A stretch of DNA of 64,000 nucleotides, taken from the NCBI GenBank assembly GCA_951406725.2, contig OX597819.1, positions 118,978,001 through 119,042,000 of the forward strand. Direction: 5' to 3'. Below the pieces are notes generated by a model. That model was not told the origin of the DNA and did no database searches. It saw only the letters and a list, made by a program, of their open reading frames with translations. The stretch is from Octopus vulgaris. Its lineage: Eukaryota. Of this stretch, positions 41,560 through 56,082 are shown piece by piece. Each line of letters begins with the position of its first letter. Positions within the stretch are counted from its first letter, which is position 1. The position numbers were made by a program, and so were the translations under genes.

Positions 41560-42871
41560 ATGTAAGAATATGATAAAACATAGAATATGAGACAAACATG
41601 CCGGAAACGAGAGTGTGCAATAAAAGTATCAAAACGCATCTTACTTCCGCAAAGCAAATTCTTCTTAAAAGAACTCGATACGCAAATGCAACACATTCAC
41701 ACATCATTCTGCAACATTAATAGCCTTTGGTAGCTACTTATACGTTGTATATCTACTTGAATACGATACAACACACTTCAATATATTACAATAAGATATT
41801 TTATAATGACAATGCACTTAACGCTCTTGATGATATCAGAGTACTTGCAACTAAAATGTACGAATACAACAGTGAGTAGAACGTATAAACAAATATCATT
41901 AGCAGATTGGATACAATTTAGTTGTGACTGTGTACACTATTAAAGATTCCAGATAATTCTATTCAAGAAATTCGTTTTCTGGAAAATCAAAAGTATATAC
42001 ATTAACCTTTAAACCATAATATTTAAAGTACTTTTACATTAATTCACAAACACTTACGCACAACGATACCCGTACAATCTCTTATACATCCATCCATCCA
42101 TCAATCTATCCATCCGTTCACCCATACATGCACACATACATATATACATACATACATACATGCATGCATGCATACATACATACATACATACATTCATACA
42201 TACATACATACACACTAATATATAAAGCATCATTGTATCTCACCCAATCTCTACATTGTCGTAAGGCAGGTGGTTTGGCATTCTTGTGTATTGTTAATAA
42301 CGTGTGCTCGTTTCGTACACATATATAAACTGTGCATATAATGAATAATCATGTTATGCAATATACGTTTGTGTCAAAACCTCTGGTTTTCCTGTATGAG
42401 AAATCTCCAGTTTCCCATAGATAGATGGCATTGAAAGTCTTATATGTTACACGAAAAATACCCAAGTCTACTATGCTCGCACCACACCGTGCAAAATGAA
42501 GCACAATAGAAAGCGTTTACAAATATAATAGAATACATTATATATCTACAAAATATTTCAAAATTATTCCTACTAAAGCCAGCATGACCACGGATATCTT
42601 TGCAAAGTGTGTAAAATATATGATCACAACATACCCATCGTACCACATATATATACATGGTATATATACCAGCTGAGATGGTAAATGTTTTTAATTTTAA
42701 TTCCTTTCATGAATTTATCCCCTTTTGTGTGTCTAGCACAAAGCTTCTTTATTTGGAAACCCTTTATTGTATTTCTATATGAATAATATATAGTCTAATG
42801 ACTAATTCGTCTTTTGTGCTGGGCCACTGATAATAATAATTTATTTTTTATTACCCTATTTACTATGTTTA

Positions 42872-42925
<54 letters not shown>

Positions 42926-45474
42926 GACACATCTATCAAAATATGCACCCACAATCACACACACACACACACATATATATAATATATATATATATATACA
43001 TATACATGTGTACACACATAATTACGTATAAACACCTTCATGCGTACGTAAATACAAATGCGTGAAATAGAGGAAGAGAGAGTATCAAAATGTTACCAGT
43101 GCAACGTATATAAAGCGTGACATATGGAGACGACAATGTGTCAGGAGACGATACCTATGACTACAGTACGAGTCATGTGTTCAAGCAAGCAGATTTCATT
43201 GAAAGGTAATGTGTTTGCATTGCGGAATTCCTGAAGAATGATACGTTTTTTTTTTTTGTTTTTTTTTAGGATATGCTCTCTCATATTTAATTTCGCGTAT
43301 GTATTTCTAGGCAAATTGATTATGCTACATTTGTATGCTGACTGTAATGTAACAGAATTTTGTGGTTAATTTTATAGGAGAAAGGAAACGGTGTATACAT
43401 TTTTCATGAAATTTTCCGCTATGGTTTCAACACTACAACATTGTTTAAACACAATCTCCAAATCTCTGAACCGATCTCCTTACATAACATATGCAATCAG
43501 CCATTTAGAATTGTTTTAGTTTCGCATACCCCGAATGATGACAAACATAACAAACAAACAAAAGAAAAACAAGCGTAAGAAAAATATCTGATATCAACCA
43601 GAAATAAAACAAAAAAAGCATATTACTCTTTGTAGCTCTCTATTGCATGGGGATTGTAAAACCCATTAAGATTCACGTGAATAATTAATCAGTAATTATT
43701 AGTAATTCTGTTCAGACGCGCATAGAGAGAATTTTCTAGAAACGCTTTTTTCACAATATGCGTGTCGACTTGGCAAATACAATGCCCCGATATCTTTTGA
43801 TCTGATTCCCTCCAGTGTTTGTAATTTAGATTCGAGCCCATTCTCCATTTATTTTCATATCCCTACGAATAGTAATCAGCAGCAGTCATGATTGAAATTA
43901 TATGAACATTCATACAAATACACATACACTCCATACGCATAAATACACGCATACACCCATATATGTATGAATTCAAAGAAAAATAACTGTATAACAACTT
44001 ACAATGCATAAAACGCATATATACTGTAGTACTCAACTAATGATAAATATTTGAAATGTGATGTTTGAATCCATCGTAGCAGAACCAACGGGAGACCTAT
44101 TGTCATTGTAATTTTCTGCCTATGTTTATTCATTTCTATCTAATATCATGGTGACCGACAGCACTAACGTCGCCGTTCTCTTTACCGTTTTTAATAAAAT
44201 TATCATTTTCTTTCCTTTAAATTATGCTATCCTTACTATAAAATCCTTTCCTCCCCTAATAAGGGATTCAGCCAGCATATGTCTCCTTAATCTATTTCTG
44301 CTGATAATGGCCTCGAAAAATTATGATCATAACATATTACGTTGTTTTTGCCTTTTTAATCAAATCTATTATATTAATTTAAAACTAATGTAGTTATGCA
44401 AATATATATTCTTTTCAGTCCTTAGCCCTAAGAGTTGGGTGTCGGTGTTGTTCTGTGATTGATAAACCCCACCGTGTATTTCTACAGAAGTGTCAATTTG
44501 TCCCGAAATTTTAATAATCTCAAGTGCAGCGCGCTAATCATCACCCTGTTGAAGCCGTGATAAAATTGTTTTATGGTTTTTAATTACTGCATATTACATT
44601 TTAAATTCAAATCGTATTGTGATTAGCTTTTTTTCCTTAATATCTTTAAAATAATTCACCATAAAAATATTTCTCTAAGTAACCGACTGTATATCCTACC
44701 AGACAGAATCAGTCTGTTAAGCGAACACTGGTAGAATTAGTTTCCTTAGGAGGTGGTCCTTTGTACAACAGGTGCCGTGGCTGTCTGAAACGAATTATTA
44801 GTTTCCTATTGAAATAGCATGAGGGATGTTAGAGAGGAAATTAGTGAAAAATCCAAAAAGAAAGAGATAGCCCTCGAGATGCTATCGATGATAATGGCCC
44901 TAGTCTAGATATTTATCTCGCTCAGAGCTAAGGTTCACGTTCCGGCCATTAGTCAGTCTGGGTATCAGAAGCACAACTTTGCAACAATTTGTTAGTTCCT
45001 CGATACCGAGTGTGTAAAATGTCAATGACGTTTCCTCGAATTATGTGAGAGGTGTGGAAATGAGAAATTGATGTGAAAAGCTACACCCAGCAGTAAGTGT
45101 TGTACAAGATGCCAGTCGCGTGGGATTTGTAGTTTTTGTGTGTTATATAACATAGATCCCAGAAAGATTTACAGGCGTCTTCTGGAACTGGCAGTAAATG
45201 GGCATATTCCCAGTTCTGTAAACAGGGTACGGGTACACTGAGAGAGTACACGATAAAAGAAGATTAATCGACACGTTTTAATCTAGGTTTTAATATACGC
45301 ACACAATATTTCGTGCGTCTTCGTGTTCTGAGCTGAATGTCCGCGGATATTGATTTTGCCTTGCATTTTTTCGAAGGCGATAAAATAAATACCAGTTGAG
45401 TATCGGCGTTGATGCAATCCATTTATCCCCTGGACTTGTTTTAGACATTGAAATCAATATATAGTCACAATGCT

Positions 45475-45706
45475 TGCGGCGAGCATGAAGAATCTTTAGC
45501 ACGCCAGGCGAAATGCTTAGCTGTATTTCGTCTGCAGCTACGTTCTGAGTTCAGATTCTGCCGAGGTCAACTTTGCCTTTCATCCTTTCGGGATCGATAA
45601 ATTAAGTACAGTTACGCACTGGGGTCGATGTAATCGACTTACTCCGTTTGCCTGTCCATGTTTGTGTCCTCTGTGTTTAGCCCCTTGTGAGTAGTAAAGG
45701 AATATG
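45475..45706 (+). mobile_element. SINE family B (a diverged inverted copy lies just upstream at 45310-45460)
   Basis: Matches 19680-19909. Confidence 0.85.
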
Positions 45707-45716
45707 TATTTCGTTA

Positions 45717-46090
45717 GGCGTAGGAGTGGCTGTGTGGTAGATAGCTTGCTTACCAACTACATGGTTCCGAGCTCAGTCCCACTGCGTGGCACCTTGGGCA
45801 AGTGTCTTCTACTACAGCTTCGATCCGACGAAAGCCTTGTGAGTGGATTTGGTTGATGGAAACTGAAAAAAGCCCGTCGTATATATGTATGTATATGTGT
45901 GTGTTTGTGTGTCTGTGTTTGTCCTTCCAACATCGCTTAACAACCGATGCTGGTGTGTTTACATCCCCGTACCTTACCGGTTTTGCAAAATGCTTACAAA
46001 GAATAAGTCTTGGGGTCGATTGGCTCGACTAAAGGCGGTGCTCCAGCATGGGCGCAGTCAATTGACCGAAACAAGTAAAAGATTAAAAGA
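45717..46090 (+). mobile_element. SINE family A
   Basis: Matches 22704-23114. Confidence 0.88.
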
Positions 46091-47741
46091 GAACAGGTAA
46101 ACATGAGTCACTGGGAACGTGGTGAAAAAAGGAGTAGAAGCCAGCACTCCCGACGAGGTCTAATCGTGAAAACATCATTATGCGATACGTTTTAGAGATT
46201 GTAAACAATGAAAGTGGCTTCCGTAAAGCCCTGAACAACTTGGATCACTCGAATGTTTTGGTATCTTCATCCTTCCCTCCTTTGCAGATTTTCATTAGAC
46301 AATCGGTTTTAGTATTCTTTAGGGACTGCATGACTTCAATACAGTTTCGAATTTCCTCCGTGGGTTCCTATTAGAACGGTTTTAGATCGCAATATCTCTC
46401 TGAAGGTATCTTATTATCACGTATTTTACACTTATTGGTTCTCCAGCAGCGGATAAATGCATTGTTGTGAGTCATCGCGATAAATCAGAGTTATGGTAGA
46501 CTAATCGCAGGTTAAATTAATAATGACATTATCGTTTTGATGTCTAATAGAGACAAACATGAAAAGAGTAACAAATTTAAATTTTTAACTCGCTGGACTT
46601 ACACTTAGGTACCTGAAAATTCAAGTTGGTTCCTGTAAACTGTTACGTAAATTCTCTCTTAAGCTGAGAGTAGGTTTTCTTGGCTTTGACAACCAAGTGT
46701 AAGGAATCTAAGATACCCTTGTGACCAGCTTGGCCTATCCCGCACGAAATAGCCTTAAATGATATTATAATTGAAATTTCGTGTAAAGGTGGCATATCCA
46801 TATAATGACGACTGATCATCCTGCCTACCAGTGGTTGTACTCCGATCAGATTGGTGCATCTGAACTTTCGCTTCCTGCAGCAGAGCCACTTTTCAATGCT
46901 CAGGTTGTCCTTTTGCTTTCATCATCTCCAGTCCCTCGGACTCGATATGCTCTAATTAGTAGAACATAGTAATGTGCATCCTTCGTTATCGACACCACGT
47001 GGTATTCTTCAGTGTCGTGTCATTGCTAAAACGAAAGGGGTTGTTTGGTAGACCAGCCTGAAATGCTTGAATAGCCAATTTATAAGATATTTGATTACAG
47101 AATGTTACTGGGATTGGTTAAATGGTGGGACGGTTTAATGAATATGGTACATAAAAAAAGGACTATGAGCAGGCTCCTGTGTATCGGGAATAGGATTGTG
47201 ATGAGTGTATTTACCCTTGAGATTGAGAAACATTGATATTGAATGGCGATCACTAATTATAATTGTTTTAGAGAAATTTTTATTTGGAATATTATTGCTA
47301 CTTCATTTTGTCAACAGATTCTTCAAACATCACACATGCACCCATATCATATTTGCATTTTGCTCTTAGTTGTATCTTTATCTTCATTTGAACACGTATG
47401 GCTGGTTCAGTAATCACCGTCACCGTCGTCATCGTCGTCTTCCTGCGTCAAACCTTATTGTATTTTGTCAATTATCTTTTGAGATTGAATATTTTCTGTG
47501 TTATTTGTACCATCTCGACTGGTGTTTATGATCAAAAACCTTCGTCCAAAAGTCTAAAGATTCGTGATTTTTTACTCAGGAAAGATAGAGTATGGGTTTT
47601 GCCTCTGAGACGATATTTGAATTTTACTATTCCAAGCTTCAGATTTGGAATTCCTGCTTTTATAGTTCAGTGAAATGGCCTGTAGAAGGCTTTTTTTGAT
47701 CCAGTAATCCTATGTGACACGTTTCCAGGTGTCCCAAACAG

Positions 47742-48063
47742 GGATCTTTTCACTTTGCACGGCAGATTTTTAAAATAATTTATTTGTAACTAAACACTTT
47801 TAAACTTCGTATACTGGTAGTGTGTTACATCAAACATCTATTTTTCTTGATTTTCTTGTGAAAATTCTGTAGTTTGTAAACTATTTGTTGTTTAATTTAT
47901 TGCATTTCATCAATTTCAACCAATCAATGACGTCTATTGAGCTGAATACAATTTCTGCCGTAACATTTTCTGGCGGTGTCATACTACCAGTATACGTAGT
48001 TGAAAAGTGTTTAGTTACAAAGAAATTATTAAAAAAAAGCTGCCGGTCAAAGCGAAAAGATCC
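47742..48063. mobile_element. Shorter relative of the GGATC-TIR MITE
   Basis: GGATCTTTTCACTTTGCACGGCAG ... CTGCCGGTCAAAGCGAAAAGATCC; flanks CCAAACAG/CCTAACTG (6/8); shares CAACCAATCAATGACGTCTATTGAG with the other copies. Confidence 0.75.
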
Positions 48064-48661
48064 CCTAACTGTGATCATTGGCATTTAGTATGACTCCGTC
48101 CGAAAATGAACGTGGGGATTGTTTTGTCTAAAGCGTAAGTCGATACTCACAGATTGTTATATTTTCAGTAGAACAAGTTCTATCAAGGAAAACAAAATGT
48201 TAATCACATTCCATAACAACCATGACTACGATTCCTTAGTATTAAACGTATTTTATGGGCAATATTATACATATTTAATATTTCTAAGTTAATAATCCAT
48301 AGGCTACTGCCATATTTAGATGGCAGTTTTTAAATGCTAAATTTCCAGTCTATATTTAAATTGATATTTATAAAATAAGTTAAGTTTCATTCGAATATGA
48401 AACATTTTTTCTAGCAGGAGATTAAATCGTGTAGCTAGGCATATATAGAGAAGCTTTCCAATGTTATCTTGTCTGGGAGAATATTTAATTATTGCTGGTT
48501 TGCGTCGTTCCGTTAGATGCAACATCATAAAATCGAAATGTCACTTCAAAAAGGAATTTCGTTACACAACAAAATCTAAAAGTTTAACACGAAACTACTT
48601 CCGATAAAGGACATTTTTTAAATACAATTATCACCTATATTTATTAGTATTACTCTACGTA

Positions 48662-49048
48662 AAAGCAACGAGCTAGCAGAATTGTTAGCACGCCTGGCGA
48701 AATGCTTTGCAGTATTTCGTCTGTCTTTTCGTCCTGATTTCAAATTCCACCGCTGTCGACTTTGCCTTTGATCCTTTCAAGGTCGATAATTAAGTACCAG
48801 TTGCATACTGAGTTCAATCTACTCAACTGGCCCCCTCCCACAAAATTTAGGACTTGTGCCTTGAGTAGAAAATGGAGAAATGCTTAGTAGCGTTCCGTTC
48901 GTTCGTTAATACGGTCTGAGTTGAAATTCCGCCTTTCTTCGTCGGGCAGTGGGGTCGATGAAATAAGCACCAGTTGAGCACTTGGGGGTTAATGCAATCG
49001 ACTTATCTCTCCACCGAAATTCCTGACATATGCCAAAATTTAAAATCA
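48662..49048 (+). mobile_element. Two tandem family B-related SINEs
   Basis: GAAATGCTT...CTGA(T/G)TT(C/G)AAATTCC...AAG(T/C)ACCAGTTG occurs twice. Confidence 0.75.
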
Positions 49049-49295
49049 TATTACTCTAGGTAAGAAACGAACAAAATCAAGATTTTAGATTAAATTGTCT
49101 GTGAGAAAATTCTGAGTTTTCGCTTTTTTTTTCATGCATTATAACTATTGTATCAAAATTGCTGAAAGAACGTCGAAACAGCAAGAATTCTAGCAAGCAT
49201 CGAAAAGGGTTTTAAATAGGGAACAAAATACAACAGATAGTCGTTATACAAATATTGTTTGATACCGTACGTAATTATTTAATAAATACATATAT

Positions 49296-49508
49296 CCTTT
49301 CTACTATAGGCACAAGGGCTGAAATTTGGCGGAGGCAGCTAGTTGATCATATCGACACCAGTGGTCAACCGGCACTTATTCTATCGACTTCGAGAGGATG
49401 AAAAGCAAAGTCCACCTCGGCGGAATTTGAACTCATAACGCAGTGACGGGTGAAATACCGCTAAGCATTTTGTCCAGCGCGTTAACGATTTCGCTAGCTC
49501 ATCGCCTT
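49296..49508 (-). mobile_element. SINE family B
   Basis: Reverse complement of the family B head and domain. Confidence 0.8.
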
Positions 49509-49557
49509 TAAAAAATATATTTATAAATATCAGGAGTGGTGTTTTTTTGGAAAACTT

Positions 49558-49971
49558 GGATCTTTTCGGTTTGAACGGCAGTTTTAAAAATAATTTCCAC
49601 GTAACTAATCTCATTTAAACTTCGTATACTGGTAGAATGTGTTTATAAAGCATCGTTTTCTCTTGGCTTTATTGAAAAAATGTTATAGTTTCTAAGATAT
49701 TTGTTGTTTTTTTCTTCAATTTCCGCAATTTCAACCAATCAATGACGTCTATTGAGGTGAAAACAATCTGTGTTGTATGAATATGTCCCTCGTTTAAGAA
49801 ACAGATTGGGTATATTTACATTTCTGAAGAAAAAATATACCCTTCCCCCACCCCTAACCCTAACCCTAAAAGAGATTGAAATTCAATAGATCGATACTAG
49901 GGTCATAATTCTGGGTGACAATTCAATATGACACCGCTAGAAAAAAACTGCCGTTCAAACCGAAAAGATCC
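49558..49971. mobile_element. GGATC-TIR MITE with (CCCTAA)n, inverted relative to 481-909
   Basis: TIRs GGATCTTTTCGGTTTGAACGGCAGTTTT and AAAACTGCCGTTCAAACCGAAAAGATCC; exact direct repeat AAAACTT on both sides; CCCTAACCCTAACCCTAA near 49852. Confidence 0.85.
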
Positions 49972-50895
49972 AAAACTTGAACCCAGAGTACCGCTGAACG
50001 AAAGACAACATCTGTTATATTGCGCTGTTTTTAGAAAAATGTTTCCAACTACTTATAGAGAAACACATTCGTTTATTGAAATGATAATATTTTAAATATA
50101 TTCCTTTACTTATTATTGAAATAATCTAATCTGCATATTTATTTCGACAGGTACTGAAATAAGAATATCCGGATTATGACAGATAAACACATTTCTTGCT
50201 ATATAACAAAAATCAAGGTAAAACTTTTTCAGGATTTTGAATTACCATGCGTTCATAAAGTATGTGAATGTAAGATATTTACGGAGCGATGTAATAATGA
50301 AAGGAACATTCTAAAATGTTAAGTAGCCTACTGAGAAGAAAGTTGATCGACTACATGTTTATACAACGTGTAATATTTTAAACGATCATATTCTTTTTGA
50401 TTTTGTTTATTGTATTAGGCAACTTAGATAAATATTAGTCATGTGGATATTGCTAGCTGCCAGGCAAGCTTCCTAGACAAGGAAAATATTAAATACGAAA
50501 TGAAATTCTTGTATCAATTCTTAATAACACATTCAAATTATTTAAGTTTTATTAGCAATACACGGCAGGTTTATTAAAATAATGTAATGAGATATTTTTC
50601 ATACCTTCCTCTATATTCGTATACCTGTGGACACTGTATTTTCTACTACTATTTTCGTTCATTTCTTGGCTACTATACACATTAATAAAGATTTTTTGAT
50701 AATAGATTATATAGAGCTTTGTATTTATTTAGTAGTATCAAGTATCATTGTTATTCGTCTATGTAACTTTTTCCTTGCGGACTTCGATTTTCTATTGCTT
50801 TCAAAGTAATATTTACACAGCTGCTTCTGTCTTCAATTTCTAATTCCTGGTATCTCTATTTCCATACATTTTACAGTAAAAAAAATACCCTACCC

Positions 50896-51046
50896 AAGAG
50901 TGGCTGTGAGGTAAGAAACTGACTTCCCAACCTCATGATTCCAGGTTCAGTCCCACTGCGTTGCAACTTAGGCTACTGTTTTCTGAGTGAATTGCGACTG
51001 AATTCGGTTTACGGAGTCTGAGAGAAGCCCGTAGTATGTATATATA

Positions 51047-51087
<41 letters not shown>

Positions 51088-51290
51088 GGTGTGTGTCTGT
51101 GTTTGTCCGCACTCCATCGCTTGACAAACGGTTTTGGTGTTATTACGTCTCTGTAACTTAGCGGTTCGGCATATCAGAGCCATAGAGTATGTATGTACTA
51201 GGCTTACAAAGCCCTTGGGTGGATTTGTTCGACTAAAGGTAGTGGCACTCCAGCATGGCCTCAGTCAAATCACTGAAACAAGTAAAATAA
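50896..51290 (+). mobile_element. SINE family A (diverged)
   Basis: Matches the family A head, domain and tail. Confidence 0.8.
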
Positions 51291-52116
51291 TTTGAGAGTG
51301 ATGTGTTTAGAAACTGATTTGTTTTGCTAAGCTTTGTCACAGCAATTTACCCGTGAGGGTTTCAAAACTTGAAGCCAGTAGCTGCATCAGTCAACTACGG
51401 TAGTAGCTGAATAATATTCTTAAGGACGCAATTTAATCACACGCAGCATATTTTAGAGCTTGTCGCTAACTCAGTTCTTAACCAAATGGAAATCCGTTAA
51501 CATTTTTGAAGAGGTCCGGTCCCTACATACGGTTTGGCTTAAAAGACTGAGATTTGGTCCAGTACAAAAGAAATTTACATACAATTTGTAGCAACGTTAT
51601 AAGATAGTATGTAACGCCTCAAATCAAATTTAGATCTAAATGACAATTTTTTTTTTTTGTTTTAAAAGGAAAATATATTTATCTTAGCTTCAATGATAGT
51701 TGAAATCATAAAGAATTTCATAGATATGGTCACATACAACAAAAATGTATATCAAGAAATTTCTGATGTAATATATAATGAAAAAAATTATAAGTAAGGC
51801 AAAAATTGGATTTAAGTATAATTAACTTGTTTTTTTTTTATTTTATAAACAACCTTTGTTTATAATTTATAATTCAGGAAATTTCATGGTATCAATATCA
51901 TGCAGTGAAATCTTAAGAGAAAAATGTTTTGCGTGTTTGTTTCTCAAATTTGATAATGATAATATAGTTCTATACTCTTTTGAGTATATAGTTCTAGGGG
52001 ACGTATATTATTTGTAACCGGCATTAGTAAGGTAAAGAAAAGGTTATCAATGACACCGCTAATTGACACATTTGACACGTTTTTGACCAGTGTAATAGCA
52101 AAGCCTGGAAAAACAA

Positions 52117-52959
52117 GAATTGCATGGAAATATGCAAGCAAGAGAAATAATATTCGTAAGATTATAAATCTGGAAAGGTACAGGACGAGTTATTACACTT
52201 GGAGCAGTTCAATTTATTACAGCTGGTAAAGTACAGGACAAGATATTTTAACTTAATTTATTGCAGCTATGGTTAAAATTTGAATATTAAAATGTATTTG
52301 CTTTAAATTAACAAAGAAACATTTCAATTAAAAAAATGTTCCATCATTTTCTTAAATTATTGACACACTAGAATAATTTTAAAAATGAGAACCAAAAGTA
52401 CCAGTACAGCTAAATAGAATAGTATATATAGGAAGCAAATTCATTATATAAAATATAGGCATTGTACAAGACTAAAAATGTGAAGACTTGGCAATAACTG
52501 AAGCAAATTTTACTGTGAATTTGTTGTTATAGGTAGATTTTACTGTAATATATAACTAATGTTTGCATTATTTGATTTATTGTACTAATTATGTACGAGT
52601 ATTATTTTTTTTATAACCTGTTTTAATTAATAATTTCAAAAATGAATATTCTAATGTGCGAAAAATATTTTAATTGATTCATTTTTATTTTTAATAAATG
52701 TAACAAGTAATAACGACTAGAAGTAATAACTTGTAATAACAGTTTTAGTTTTCATAAAAGCTAATATTTTCTAAATCTACTTTATTAGAACTTTTATCCT
52801 TAGCTGCAATATTTTAAGTAAAGATTCTCTTGTTCTGTATTTTACGAGATGTAATAGCATGTCCTGAAATTTTCGAAGTGTAATAAATTGTCCTATACTT
52901 TTCCACATTTATAAACTTAACAATATTCGTTCTCTTGCTTGCATGTTTCTATGTAATTC
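52117..52959. mobile_element. Foldback/MITE-like element with ~150-bp diverged TIRs
   Basis: GAATTGCATGGAAATATGCAAGCAAGAGAA...ATTGCAGCTA (52117-52269) versus TAGCTGCAAT...TTCTCTTGCTTGCATGTTTCTATGTAATTC (52801-52959). Confidence 0.7.
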
Positions 52960-53981
52960 ATTAAAGGGTAAGATCCTACAACCAGGGCAAATCTGACAAG
53001 TAGTTTCTTCCCACCGATCACATATTGTTCAGATACTTACCGTTCTCTGCCACATTGTATGTTTATCCTCCTTTCTTTATTATATCCTTGCTTCGAGATT
53101 GATAGCCTTAATGCTACACGCAGTAAACAAGTCCATATTATCGTTTTGATCCCGGTACGCTTTATCATGTTGCGACGTTCAGTGTTGTCATACGCATTTC
53201 ATTCATGTTTTAGCATTCTTAATCATCGTTTTTGTACCTTGGTCTTCGTGAAGGAAAACAAACATTTCATTTCTGTTTTATTTTATTTACCTTCCACAGT
53301 TCTACACCTAAATAATGTTGAAGTCAATAGCAAGAGTATTTAAATAAATTTTAAATACGTACAAATAACGCCTCGTTATAGCAGTAGAAATCATAGCATT
53401 TCTTCCTCAGATTTTGAATGAAGTAATACAGCCACGCCTGTTGATTTGTTCATATCTCAAATATTATCCATCATAGAATTTTTGCCAGTTCCTTTTTTAT
53501 CATTTCCTTTTATATTTGGTTTTATATTTCAAATTTCCGTGTTAGACTAATCAGTTACACATCACTTGCTTTTAAGTATGTGATTATTATGAAGCTATTA
53601 CTCTGTTGTTGTCGTTCGCATCGGATCTCTTCTTTCTTGTCGGTGCGATAGCAATATTTTATCTCTCTCAGATTTACAGCGGTAGCTTTGAAATACATCC
53701 GTACACACACACACACACACACACACGCTCACACACGTATATACACATACATATATGTACACAAGTTTTATGTTTTAAGCACTGGGTTTGATTTAGTCCA
53801 CAGTTTATTTTATGAGTATTCTTTTATTTGGAGCAGCTATATAACCTTTTTATGAAATAAAGTGCCTCTTCTATATTACATATTTCTAAAAACATTCTGT
53901 TCTGTCAATAATATGTGAACAGAAACATCTTTAAGTATAAGTACAGAACTTCACGGTACAATACTCTGATATTGGTAACTA

Positions 53982-55279
53982 CGAGCAGTTAACAAAAGGT
54001 TCCCGGACAAGTTCTGTAGTGCGCCAACAGATGACAGCACGCAGTAAGAACTAGTTGTGACCTTCATGAAGCCGTGTGTCGAATAACATCTGTGTGTTTA
54101 CTTCGCAAGTTATCAAATATGTTTTTTTGTGATCATGTGTATGCTGTAGTCTACGATTTTGAAATGGACAGTATGTAACAATGAGCCAACGTGAAATTTT
54201 GCGTTAGACTTCGGAAGTCTGCAACAGAGATATTGAGCATACTTCGCCAAGCTTAAGGCGAAAAGGCAATGGATTGTACCAAATTTTTCCACTGTTACAG
54301 GCGCTTCAAAAGCGGAAGAACATCCTTGGAAGAGGATGAGCGATTTGGAAGATCTGTCACAAACTTCAACCCTACAAATATGGGGAAAATTCATCACTTC
54401 ACCATGGGGAGTGTTAGAGGAACATCAACGACATTACTGATGTTCTTAGTCTGCCGCATGGATTTGTGCAGGCAATCCTAACGTGTGAATCGAACATGTG
54501 GCGTGTACCGGCCAAGTTTGTACACTGCTTGCTTACCATTGAGTAGAAAGAACATCGCGTGGAAGTTTGTCAAGATATCAATCGACGTACTGCTGATGGT
54601 CCATCATTTATGTCGAGGATCATCACTGATGACGAGAACTGGTCTACAGGTACGACAGCCAGGTGAATCAGCAGTCGTCACGCCGGAAGAACCCTTAATC
54701 GCCACGATCGAAGAAGTTCCGATACAGCTCAATCAAGAGCATGCTCATCATTTTCTTTGACATCCACGGTATTGTGCTTCGAGAATTCCTTCCCCATGGC
54801 CAAAACCGTCAATCAAGACTTCTAGCGGCGTTTTAAAGCGCTTGATGGCGGAAATTCAGTGAAAGCGCCCGGATCTGTGGAGCACGAAGTATTGGATTCC
54901 CCACACCGGCAATGCACCCTGCCCACAAGCTCTTCTCACTCGTGAGTTTCTCGCCAAATATATGGTATGGCTTCTGTAACCACACTATTCGCCAGATTTA
55001 GTAACTGCGGATTTCCTTCTCTTTCCCATGATAATAATACAAGCTCAAAGGTGGCTGATTTAACACCGTTAGTGAGATCCTTAGCAGATGAATGAACGCC
55101 CCTAGACTCGTTTAGAGAAAACGATTTCCAAGTGGTTTCCAAAAGTTGAAGGAACGCTAGAACCGGTGTATTGGTGCGCAAGGTTAGTTTTTCAAAGGAT
55201 ATTATGTTAAAACGTAGGTATCTATGTTATTTTATTTTATTAAACATAACTAGTCAGGAGAGTCGTTCATCGCACCTCG
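53982..55279 (+). mobile_element. Full-length but defective mariner element (~1.3 kb)
   Basis: TA-CGAG...CTCG-TA ends; transposase pseudogene ANVKFCVRLRKSATE...RRFKSGRTSLEEDERFGRS...RIITDDENW...MLIIFFDIHG...YSPDLVTADFLLFP. Confidence 0.88.
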
Positions 55280-55797
55280 TATGTCTAATTCAGTATTCGA
55301 AGTGTATTCACCTTAATGCGTTGGGTGAATTTATGAACCATATTTTGTGAGATTTCCAAATAGGCAAAATGCATTGGAAGTATGTTTAAGACATCGAAAT
55401 TGATTAACTAAATCACCCACCATACGCCACAGCAACCGTATGAATTGAAAACATGATTAATTAAACATGTTTTCCATTTCCTTCTTGTTCAGAATATGTC
55501 GAATAATACGACGTTGGGAACAATAAGTTACTTTTATGAGCTTACGGTGTTACACTATTTTTCAACGAGTTCCTACTGATATATTCTGCTTCGCTTCTTT
55601 ACATTGTTGAATATATTTCGTGTATATTATTTTACATTATCTTTCAATGTCCATTGTAAGGTATGTGTCATCCGGTGTTCATTGCTCGTTTATGGCCTGA
55701 AACAGACATTAACGAGAATCATCTTAACGATGTATCAATAGCTTGATCTCCAGCAACCATTTACATCACTCAAGGAACAAGAGCTTACTTCATCAAC

Positions 55798-55811
55798 TAA
55801 TGATGATGATG

Positions 55812-55853
<42 letters not shown>

Positions 55854-55915
55854 TTAATAATAATAATAATAATAAAAATGATAATAATAATAATATTAAT
55901 AATAATAATAATAAT

Positions 55916-55977
<62 letters not shown>

Positions 55978-56082
55978 TGATAATAATAATAACAATAATA
56001 ATAGTAATAATAATAATAATGATAATAATAATAACAATAACAATAATAATAATAATAATAATAATAACAATAATGATAATAT
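55798..56082. repeat. (AAT)n-rich microsatellite
   Basis: Seen directly; it is the source of the poly-L and poly-I ORFs. Confidence 0.95.

Larger units (their letters stand above)
44720..47060 (-). pseudogene. Very decayed RTE-like LINE interrupted by SINEs
   Basis: Minus strand fragments in the expected order: NDTTLKNTTW (EN end), EVMQSLKNTK (linker), RQPRHLLYKG (resembling RLPKQLLYG). Confidence 0.35.

Noticed and set aside
43100-43270. Exon-like segment ending in AG/GTAATG followed by a poly-T acceptor-like site
   Set aside because: No good upstream acceptor, a stop codon upstream in each candidate frame and no recognisable homology
53030-53200. Perfect minus-strand donor GTAAGT after a short open frame
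   Set aside because: No homology and no partner exon; such motifs are expected by chance in 64 kb
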